Below are positions 56,294 to 64,000 of a stretch of 64,000 nucleotides of DNA, one piece after another (the first letter of the stretch is position 1; each line of letters begins with the position of its first letter). Location of the stretch: positions 96,001 to 160,000 of the forward strand of contig JALSOH010000006.1 of NCBI GenBank assembly GCA_026986575.1, in the 5' to 3' direction. The notes below the pieces were generated by a model. The model worked only from the letters and a program-made list of their open reading frames with translations. It made no database searches and was not told the origin of the DNA. The position numbers and the translations under genes are program-made. The stretch is from Thermoproteota archaeon (GTDB lineage: Archaea > Korarchaeota > Korarchaeia > Korarchaeales > Korarchaeaceae).

Positions 56294-57184
56294 ATGAGGA
56301 TAGGAGTAGCGGCTATATCCCTGATCGTGTTGCTCACCATATCTTTAGCGTCGTTGGATGCCGCCCCGATCAAGGCGAGGGTCCCAATCTATGTTCCGGC
56401 GAACCTGCCGGTCACTGGAACCGTATGCTTACCTTCAGCGCTGGCCGCCGGCCTGAAGGCCAAGCTCTACGTCGACGACGCCTTCGTTGACGAGGGATCG
56501 GCTGATGAGGTGGGATGCTACAAGGTCACCATAAAACCACTCACCCCGGGCAGGCACGAACTCTACGCCGAGATCTACAAGGGAAGCATAAAGATCGCGG
56601 AGATATCAGCGGAGGTCATAGCTATCGAGGGGATGATAACGGTCAGGCCCGATCCACTGGCCACCTTGAGGAGGGGGGAGACTAAGAAGGTCTCCCTCTT
56701 CATAGAGAACAAGTCCCCCGTCAACATGAGCAATGTTAGGGTTGAGATAGAGGCCCCGTTTCCCATTTACGCCGAGCGCATGACCAGGGTAAGGAACTTC
56801 GTGGTCAGGGGATCCATCGGAGATCTGAGAGTTAATGAGACGAGGGAGATAAGGATGGAACTCGCGATCCCCTCGAACTTCAGGCCGGGCACCTACACCC
56901 TCAAGATAAACATGACCTACGTTGTGGGCGAGTCCACCTACTCGGCTCCGCTTGGAGTGTCCGTAATAGTGTCCCAAGAGGGAGCAGAGGTCCCGCGAAC
57001 CCAGCAGGCTACATCCCAAACCACCTCTCCTGCATCCACGGTCACATTCCAGGATAGGAGCACCACCTCGCCAGAATTTGAGGTTCAGGAGGAGCCGACG
57101 CCAGCTTGGCTCTTCCTCCTAATCGCCTTCGTCGGTGCGCTGGTTGTCGGCTTGGTGCTCTGGATGGTGACCAGATCACACTGA
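56294..57184 (+). CDS. Exported Ig-like domain protein with C-terminal TM anchor
   Basis: Signal peptide; IEN..PV...NV.V, IGDL...ET, PGTYTL (COG1361/CARDB-like); S/T-rich linker and TM. Confidence 0.72.
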   Translation: MRIGVAAISLIVLLTISLASLDAAPIKARVPIYVPANLPVTGTVCLPSALAAGLKAKLYVDDAFVDEGSADEVGCYKVTIKPLTPGRHELYAEIYKGSIKIAEISAEVIAIEGMITVRPDPLATLRRGETKKVSLFIENKSPVNMSNVRVEIEAPFPIYAERMTRVRNFVVRGSIGDLRVNETREIRMELAIPSNFRPGTYTLKINMTYVVGESTYSAPLGVSVIVSQEGAEVPRTQQATSQTTSPASTVTFQDRSTTSPEFEVQEEPTPAWLFLLIAFVGALVVGLVLWMVTRSH

Positions 57185-57233
57185 ACCGATAAACGTTAAA
57201 ATCCTAAATTTTCTCTCCCCTCTGGGGGAGAAC

Positions 57234-58592
57234 ATGGTCGAGATAGAGGAGATAGGCGGAGAGCTGAGGATGGAGAGGATAGGAGCGCACAGTCACATAA
57301 AGGGACTCGGGCTGGACGAGAGCGGCAGGGCGAAACAGGTAGCGGATGGGCTGGTCGGCCAGACTAGGGCTAGGGAAGCGGCCGGTCTGGTAGTGATGAT
57401 GGCAAAGGAGGGGAAACTGAGTGGGAAGGCGGTACTGCTTGCAGGTCCTCCCGGTACCGGGAAGACCGCCATAGCCGTGGCCATGGCTAGGGAGTTGGGG
57501 GAGGACGTTCCGTTCATCCAGCTGAGCGGATCCGAGATATACAGTACTGAGAGGAAGAAGACCGAGGTCCTGATGGAGGCAATGAGGAAGGCCATAGGTG
57601 TCAAGGTCAGGGAACTGAGGAAGGTCTACGAGGGAGAGGTCAAGGAGCTGGACATCAAGATGGGGTCCAGTCCCTACAATCCCTTTGTGAAGGTCCCTCA
57701 AGAGGCCGTGATAACCCTGAAGACCACGGATGAGGAGAAGAGGATAAGGGTCGGACCGAACGTGGCTAGGCAGCTCGTGGAATTCGGGATTGCTGAAGGG
57801 GACGTGATAATGATAGACGCCAAGGACGGTAGGGTGTCCAAAGTCGGCAGATCCACCGAATCGTTCTCATACGATCTGGAGGCTGAACAGCTCGTGCCGA
57901 GGCCGGATGGACAGGTCCTCAAGGAGAAGGAGTTCGTGTACGTGCTCACATTAGACGATCTGGATAGAATGGTGGCTAGGAGGAGGAGCGGTGGTGGTCT
58001 GTTCTCCCTACTCTTTGGAGTCGAGGAGAAGGAGATAGATCCCGAGGTGAGGGCCGCCGTGGATCAGCAGGTGAAGGAATGGGTCGAGATGGGCAGGGCT
58101 GAGATAGTGCCAGGAGTGATGTTCATAGATGACGCTCACTTGATGGATATAGAGGCTCTGAGCTTCATTTCTAGGGCCATGGAAAGCGAACTTGTACCCA
58201 TCATAGTGATGGCCACCAACAGGGGGATCACCAAGATCAGGGGGACGGAGATAGAGGCTCCCTTTGGCATGCCCCTTGACCTGCTGGACAGGCTCGTGAT
58301 AATAACCACTGACAAGTACAGCAAGGAGGAAATAGGCCACATACTCAAGATAAGAGCTAAGGAGGAGGGGGTGAAGCTAAGTGATGACGCCCTCGAACTT
58401 CTAATGGAGCTAGGTACCAAGAAATCCCTCAGGTACGCCGTTCAAATACTTGGAATAGCAGGTGTAAGGATCAGGTCCAGAGGTAAGGAGGAGATAGGCA
58501 GAGAAGATGTGGAAGAGGTGGCTAGGAGATTCAGCGATGTTAGGGAGGCGGTAGATCACCTGAGGAGGTATGAGGAGGAGCTGCTCAAATAA
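57234..58592 (+). CDS. tip49: TIP49/RuvB-like AAA+ ATPase (TBP-interacting protein)
   Basis: RIGAHSHIKGLGL, GLVGQ..AREAAG, GPPGTGKT, GSEIYS.E.KKTE.L, PGV.FIDDAH, ATNRG, P.DLLDRL, SLRYA. Confidence 0.96.
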   Translation: MVEIEEIGGELRMERIGAHSHIKGLGLDESGRAKQVADGLVGQTRAREAAGLVVMMAKEGKLSGKAVLLAGPPGTGKTAIAVAMARELGEDVPFIQLSGSEIYSTERKKTEVLMEAMRKAIGVKVRELRKVYEGEVKELDIKMGSSPYNPFVKVPQEAVITLKTTDEEKRIRVGPNVARQLVEFGIAEGDVIMIDAKDGRVSKVGRSTESFSYDLEAEQLVPRPDGQVLKEKEFVYVLTLDDLDRMVARRRSGGGLFSLLFGVEEKEIDPEVRAAVDQQVKEWVEMGRAEIVPGVMFIDDAHLMDIEALSFISRAMESELVPIIVMATNRGITKIRGTEIEAPFGMPLDLLDRLVIITTDKYSKEEIGHILKIRAKEEGVKLSDDALELLMELGTKKSLRYAVQILGIAGVRIRSRGKEEIGREDVEEVARRFSDVREAVDHLRRYEEELLK

Positions 58593-58595
58593 CCC

Positions 58596-59870
58596 TCATC
58601 TCCCTCTCATTTTGAAGAGAGTGCATCTCTCCCCCTGAAACACGGGTTGGGCTCTCAACCTCCTCACGAGAGCTTCAGCCTTTGATGGAAGCGCTGAACC
58701 CTTTGCTGAAGATCCCATATGGGAGGGCTGACATACCAGCATGTAGCTGGCCCCCTCAGGCGTGGATGTCACATCGAAACTGAGGGTCTCCGCCCAGTAC
58801 CTGATCTTCACATCGGGGACGAAGATCGGAGAGCGGTACCTATCTAAGATGTACTTCATCTCATTGAATGTAGCCATGTCCACGGTGGGTCTCACCGTGG
58901 AAGCTAGTGTGAACCCTGAGGAGGCCACGAGCACCAGCGCTAGGACGGCGAGTATTCTCCCTCTCCCCACCTCGGCCTTCCCTCTAGAGAGTACGGCAGA
59001 TAGAGGTATCCCCCCTAAATTGCGAAACCTCATTACCCAACCTCTCCCGTAGACGGGGAGGCTGAACAGTAGCGAGACGAGACCTAAGGAGCCGTGCATC
59101 GGCTCCTTGTTCTTGTACCATGACCAGAGGAGAAGAAGGGAGGACACCAAGGGCACCAAATCTAAAAGACCCGAAGGTCCCACCTCTCCCTCGGCCACCT
59201 GTTCAACGAGGGCCACCCCTTTGGACACATCACCCCCGACTATCCAGGGCTGGAGAAAGGCTAAGGCGAGGAGGGCTGAACTAATTGAGGCCAAGGTCAT
59301 TGCCCTCCTGTCCCTCCTCAGTAAAGCGTAGAGGATAGAGAGGCCTACCGTGAACCCGAAATCCAAGATGTGGGTGAGCATGACCAAGAGAACCGAGATC
59401 GCCGCGCCCACCAAGTCCCTCAACTTCCCCTCTCTCCCGTACCTCAACGCGAAGAAGAGCCAAGAGAATACCCATATCAGACCGAAGGCGTTCTTCACGA
59501 AATCGGTAACCAGTCTAACAGTATAGTAAGAGGTGGTTAGTGCTAAAACCCCCAAGACGGCTGCCTCGTCATCTCCATCAACTTCCCTGAAGTACATGAA
59601 GGCCGGAATGAACATGAGCGAGGATATTATTGGGACCCCCACATTCACCGCCAAGATGTTATCTCCAGTAGCGAAGTAGAAGGGAAGCAGCAGGTAGAAG
59701 GTCAGTGGGGGATCTGGATGCCTGAGAGTCCAGTAGCTGGCTATCCAACTCACTTGGGCGGAGTAGTAGGGCCCATCTATTAGGGGAAGTAGGGGGGTCC
59801 TGAAATAGGCGTAGATGTAGAGAGCCAGTGGGACGATCAGGAATAGGAGCCACCTCATCCCTTTAACCAT
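58596..59870 (-). CDS. Polytopic membrane protein, probable GT-C-fold glycosyltransferase
   Basis: First TM followed by IDGPYY loop and DPPL, about eleven TMs, soluble C-terminal tail. Confidence 0.6.
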   Translation of the reverse strand: MVKGMRWLLFLIVPLALYIYAYFRTPLLPLIDGPYYSAQVSWIASYWTLRHPDPPLTFYLLLPFYFATGDNILAVNVGVPIISSLMFIPAFMYFREVDGDDEAAVLGVLALTTSYYTVRLVTDFVKNAFGLIWVFSWLFFALRYGREGKLRDLVGAAISVLLVMLTHILDFGFTVGLSILYALLRRDRRAMTLASISSALLALAFLQPWIVGGDVSKGVALVEQVAEGEVGPSGLLDLVPLVSSLLLLWSWYKNKEPMHGSLGLVSLLFSLPVYGRGWVMRFRNLGGIPLSAVLSRGKAEVGRGRILAVLALVLVASSGFTLASTVRPTVDMATFNEMKYILDRYRSPIFVPDVKIRYWAETLSFDVTSTPEGASYMLVCQPSHMGSSAKGSALPSKAEALVRRLRAQPVFQGERCTLFKMRGR

Positions 59871-60091
59871 TTCTCCACCTCCTCTCTCAGGAAATCAGGG
59901 AGCTCGTCGAATGGGATGATGGTTGTTCTCGCCCTAATATACGGCAGATCTTTATCTTCAAAACTACTGACGGCCAATACTCCTCCCTCGAACAGGTAGT
60001 ACGATATCTCCCCAATTACCTTGAGCGGAATAGCCTTCTCGGGGGTTACGCCCCTCAACCTCCCCTTGACCTCCCTCAGACTCAAAGCCAC
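59855..60091 (-). CDS. Small hypothetical protein
   Basis: GTG start after GAGGGGG; overlaps the next gene. Confidence 0.6.
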   Translation of the reverse strand: MALSLREVKGRLRGVTPEKAIPLKVIGEISYYLFEGGVLAVSSFEDKDLPYIRARTTIIPFDELPDFLREEVEKWLKG

Positions 60092-60173
60092 CCCCTCGCC
60101 GAATTAGCCTGCAGCATGAAGGTACTTCGCTTCCTCCTATATCAAACTTTTTCATGCTTGTGCCTGCCTGAAC

Positions 60174-61685
60174 TTGGGTGATAGCACGAAAGCTAGCTGG
60201 AAGCTACTGGCCATTGTAATCACACTCGCAGTGGTGCTCATCCCCCTGCCCCACCTGAGCGCTCAAGGTACCTTGACATGGTACGATCCCTTGGAGGAAC
60301 CGCAGCTACCTCAGCTGGATGTGAAGGCCATGCATATATCTTGGAACGGCAACATCACACTCGCGTTTGAGTTCTACGGAACCCCCTCGGTGGAGAACTT
60401 CACCGTGATAGGCAACGTGTATCTGGACAGGCTCGTGGAGGGTGAGGGCGTACCCGAGGGCGACGTTAAGGGAGCGGACTACAGGCTGGTGTTCTCCGTG
60501 AACCCCAACCGGACGGCCTGCTCAGTGCAGAGGTTCAACTCACTTAAGAATGGATGGGACACTCTTGCGGCCGCCTGCTGGGTGAGGATGGAGGGGGGGA
60601 GGGTGATACTCACCACTCCCAATGTGACGGCGGCCTTTCCCAAGGGAGAATTCGGTGTCAAGGCGTACATGTGGATGGTCGAGAGAGACGACTTCGACTG
60701 GGTGACTTACAAGCTGAAAAAGGAGGGAGCGGCGAAAATAGACGGGAAGCTAGGGGACTACGGTGCCCCTACAATACTGGACCCCGTCGGGGATGCCGAC
60801 AGGGTAGCCGATTACAAGGAACTTTACGTTAAGGACGACTTCTACAGGATTTACTTCGCGATAGTACCTGTGGACGGGCTAGGCTGCAACTTGAGAGGTT
60901 ATGGGGCGAGGCTGGAGAGGTTCTTCAACATATATGTGGATGCGGACCTTAACAGGAGCAACGGGCATGAGCTGTGGGAGAGTTACCTCTACAGGTGCAA
61001 TCTGACGGGCAGGATGTGGGAGAGGCTTCCCACTAAGGCTATATACGTGTCAAATCCCGCCCTTAGGAGGAAGGGCGTGATGGTCGGTGATGTGTTCGAG
61101 TCCTACGTGTACTTGGGTCCGGTGAGAAGGCAGATAGTTGATCACGGCAAGCAATTCGGCCTAAGGGCCAGCGTGGTGACTAGGCTTATGGACGCGATCC
61201 CAGATAGTGGGTGGCTCATCTACCGCAAGGATCACCTCTCCTCAAGCTCCTTCGAGGTGACCGGTCCTGATGTGGACATTAGTATGAGTAAGGATCTCTC
61301 AGACAGATTCAAGGCCTTCGGAAAAGCGTCAGGGCTTTACAGGATAACATTAGGAGGTCCAGCAGTCAATCCGTCCTACGGCGAGCCGGTAAAATTCGTT
61401 AAAGGAGAGAACGGCCTCTTCTATGGGGTTGAAATCGGCAACACGACCTACTGGGCGTCCTACGGACGCAGGGACTTCGCGGTAGTCGGAATCCACGAGG
61501 CTGGAGAGGGGATTTACATCACCGCAGCTGGTGTGACTAGGTTCGGGACCAGAGCCGCCTTGATCTGGCTCAGCGAGAACATGCCCTTGTTAAAAGAGGG
61601 GATATACGTCCTGAGCTGGATCGATGATGGAGACGGCAAGGTGGAGATCAGCGAGATAGGGGTGGTAACAGTTGAAGGATCCTAG
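60174..61685 (+). CDS. Exported protein with S-layer-like C-terminal module
   Basis: Signal peptide; DP.GD-type repeats; LGGPAVNP ... AGVTRFGTRAA...W; C-terminal DDGDGKVE. Confidence 0.7.
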   Translation: MGDSTKASWKLLAIVITLAVVLIPLPHLSAQGTLTWYDPLEEPQLPQLDVKAMHISWNGNITLAFEFYGTPSVENFTVIGNVYLDRLVEGEGVPEGDVKGADYRLVFSVNPNRTACSVQRFNSLKNGWDTLAAACWVRMEGGRVILTTPNVTAAFPKGEFGVKAYMWMVERDDFDWVTYKLKKEGAAKIDGKLGDYGAPTILDPVGDADRVADYKELYVKDDFYRIYFAIVPVDGLGCNLRGYGARLERFFNIYVDADLNRSNGHELWESYLYRCNLTGRMWERLPTKAIYVSNPALRRKGVMVGDVFESYVYLGPVRRQIVDHGKQFGLRASVVTRLMDAIPDSGWLIYRKDHLSSSSFEVTGPDVDISMSKDLSDRFKAFGKASGLYRITLGGPAVNPSYGEPVKFVKGENGLFYGVEIGNTTYWASYGRRDFAVVGIHEAGEGIYITAAGVTRFGTRAALIWLSENMPLLKEGIYVLSWIDDGDGKVEISEIGVVTVEGS

Positions 61686-62304
61686 GCTAGTCCCAGTCGA
61701 GATAGCTGTGATGCTCCTCCAAGAGGTCCCTCAGAAGGCGCTCCGCGGAGTAGATCTGAAGCAGATAAGGGCTGAGGCCCAAACCCTAGTCTACAGCTTC
61801 ATGTCGTTGGAGGATCTGGCCGAGCAGGGAATGCTGGATGGGTTGGTTGCTAAGGGAAAGGAGCTACACTCCGTTTGGAGGGAATTGAGGGAGAGAGCCA
61901 GATCCCCGTCCGACGCCCTGAACGCGGCCAAGGTGAGGTTCGCAGCGATAACCTTGGAGGGCCTTCCTAACCGAGTCGGTAGGGAGCAGAGGCTGTACAG
62001 TGGGGTTGATTCGCTCTGGGGAACCATTGTCTCTATTAAACCGTTCGATGGACTCAGAGCGACCGTGGTGGACGCGGGCGAGAGGTTCAATGTGGTCACC
62101 AACCTGCAAGTGAGGGAGGGGGATGTGGTGGCCTTCGCCGTACTCCCCCCAAAGAGGTTCGGTTCTTACGTCTCGGAGGGCATGTTCATAGAGGCGGAGG
62201 GGGAGGGTAGGAGCGGTCAACCGGCCGTTCCAACCGAGAAGGGTAAGGGATCAATAGAGGCCGTTCTAAGAGAGGAGGCGGCTAGGCTTAAAGTGAAAAT
62301 ATGA
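61672..62304 (+). CDS. tRNA-binding (EMAP/Trbp111-like OB fold) domain protein
   Basis: D.G...NVVTNL...GD.VAFAVLPP..FG..VSEGMF; N-terminal helical domain. Confidence 0.85.
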   Translation: MKDPRLVPVEIAVMLLQEVPQKALRGVDLKQIRAEAQTLVYSFMSLEDLAEQGMLDGLVAKGKELHSVWRELRERARSPSDALNAAKVRFAAITLEGLPNRVGREQRLYSGVDSLWGTIVSIKPFDGLRATVVDAGERFNVVTNLQVREGDVVAFAVLPPKRFGSYVSEGMFIEAEGEGRSGQPAVPTEKGKGSIEAVLREEAARLKVKI

Positions 62305-62314
62305 AGATCTAGCC

Positions 62315-63310
62315 CTAATCCTCCCCTCTCAACTCTCTCAGCAGGTTCCTCCAGAAGAGGTAGTCCTGCTCGGCTCTGTACAGTTCTGACCTACCAGTTA
62401 GGTAGGAGTCCCATCTCCTAGCGTACTCCAGAAGAAGGTCGTCGTGGTACCACCTTCCCAAGAAGTAAAGGAGCCTCACATGGAGTCTGTGGTAACGCTC
62501 ATCTGCCATTCCGTGCTTCGTGGAATAGAGGGACCAGTTCCCCGTATCATAATCTGGGAGCATCCTGTGCAGGGTCCCGAGTCCCTCCATAACGAGCTGA
62601 TAACCTCCGCTATCATTCATTAGACAGCTGTAAATGGTCAATCCCTTCAAGGACAACATGAAGCCGTTGAGCACCAAATCATCTGGGGAGTTAGAATACT
62701 CCAAGAAGAACCTTCCATAGATGGTATTCACGGAGAATCCACCCTCATTTCTCGGGATCAGGAAACTGTTCGCGAAACCCTTCGCCGCTCTCAGGTATTT
62801 AATGCCGCCAAATTTCCTGTATGCTATGGCGTAGTAGCCAGCAGCCAGCCCCTGACTCAGGGAGGAGTTCCAAGGAATCCCGGGAGCTTCCCATTGAAAG
62901 TAGTAGTTGAAGAACAACGCGTTGTCCTTCTCCTCCGCATATGAGAGCATCCAATCCATTATCTCCCTGAACTCACTCCAGTTCCTCCTGTACTGCAGGG
63001 CCTCCGTGGCTAGGTTCATCGCATTGGTGGGATGGACATTGAAACCCTGTCCTCTTATTTAGACGAGAGGGACGCCCACGCCCTCAGGTCTGTACCTCTC
63101 GAACTCCGAAGGCATTCTGACCCTCTCAAAGTACTCCAGATCCGCCTTCAAGGAGTCGATCAGCTGCTTCCTCGCGACTTCCCTGCTCCAGACGAGGTGC
63201 ATCCTTAGCAAAGTGTCTAGGACGTCAGCTAGGATGTAGTTCATCCCGCGCCTGTCTACAGTTCTGTGCTCGTGGCGGGGCGACGGAATTAGGAGAACCG
63301 CTAACAACAA
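62315..63310 (-). pseudogene. D-glucuronyl C5-epimerase family protein interrupted by in-frame TAA (63059-63061)
   Basis: The two ORFs are in one frame: ...GVPLV*IRGQGFNVHPTNAMN...; C-terminal W.SSLSQG, FLEY, VLNGFM.SL.GL, YD.G.WS.Y, YH.LH, W..Y. Confidence 0.75.
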
Positions 63311-63329
63311 GAGGGAGGCCAGGAAAATC

Positions 63330-64000
63330 TTAGTTTGCTTTCCAACCAGTTGACCTCACCTCAACCACCCTGTCCCTGTAGAACGAGAGGGGACACACAT
63401 CATTGCATACCCCGCACCTCGTGCACCTATCAGGAAGTATTCGGGCCTTTCCTTGGATTTCGATCGCCCCAAATTCGCAGTATTCCCTGCAAACTCCGCA
63501 TCCTGTGCAAGCGGATCTGGCGATCAGGCCTCTAACCCCCTCCAACTCACCCTTGTACGCGATAAGTCCCTTCTCCTTACTAACGACCTCCACCGTGAAG
63601 TCCCTGCCCGATATCTTACCATTCATGACCACCCCCAGACTGTGAGCTAACGATAGGAATGTCTCTACGTCGAAGGGATCGATGACTAGGAGCTTCCCGT
63701 GCGAATCAGGGGTCATAGTCACCAAAGCCCTTCTCCTCTCGGGACACAACTGCTCCATCCTCCGAGGTGGGTGGATCCACCTCCATACCCCGTACTTGAT
63801 CCAGCACTCGCCTAACCCTTCTTTTGATGCGTACTCCAAGAGGAACGAGTGCCACCGTTCCCATAGACTCGGATACTGTTCCTCCAACTTCTCAAACTCG
63901 GAGAGTCTGGAGGCGGAGCACAGGTAGCATCCTAACCTCTCGAACCCCCTCTGGTAGAGAGGATTGATCTTCACGGATCTCAGTCTCAGATAAAGCCAAG
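63330..64000 (-). CDS. Phosphoadenosine phosphosulfate reductase family protein with C-terminal 2x[4Fe-4S], 5'-truncated by window edge
   Basis: NPLY..GFERLGCYLC, W.WR; CTGCGVC...C and CTRCGVC...CP. Confidence 0.85.
   Translation of the reverse strand, partial: WLYLRLRSVKINPLYQRGFERLGCYLCSASRLSEFEKLEEQYPSLWERWHSFLLEYASKEGLGECWIKYGVWRWIHPPRRMEQLCPERRRALVTMTPDSHGKLLVIDPFDVETFLSLAHSLGVVMNGKISGRDFTVEVVSKEKGLIAYKGELEGVRGLIARSACTGCGVCREYCEFGAIEIQGKARILPDRCTRCGVCNDVCPLSFYRDRVVEVRSTGWKAN

Overview
Gene-dense archaeal chromosomal window, about 50% GC with AGG/AGA/ATA-rich codons, GGTGA-type ribosome binding sites and TTWWAWA TATA boxes. The gene set (tetraether synthase, G1P dehydrogenase, crenarchaeal-type SSB, TIP49, ABCE1, IOR) points to a thermophilic anaerobic peptide fermenter. 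Korarchaeota is my best guess; this is inference only. About 63 CDS cover lipid synthesis, translation and RNA metabolism, peptide and amino-acid fermentation, a branched-chain amino-acid ABC transporter and several surface proteins. There is one tRNA-Asp(GTC). I found no rRNA, CRISPR array or transposase. Most notable: (1) an unexplained ~137-nt, highly base-paired GC-rich RNA candidate with its own TATA box (27122-27258), about 1.8 kb from an orphan cas6; (2) capB/capC poly-gamma-glutamate synthesis genes divergent from gdhA; (3) five full-length ORFs lacking catalytic elements (AdoMetDC without the pyruvoyl Ser, PEP synthase without the His domain, ACD-alpha without the phospho-His loop, HisD without the Glu-His pair, a degenerate HerA-like ATPase); (4) an (AG7)x3 tract abutting a TATA box next to a hypothetical protein ending in a PIP-box-like motif; (5) a C5-epimerase-family gene split by one in-frame TAA. 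Family calls come from motif recognition by eye; no searches were run.
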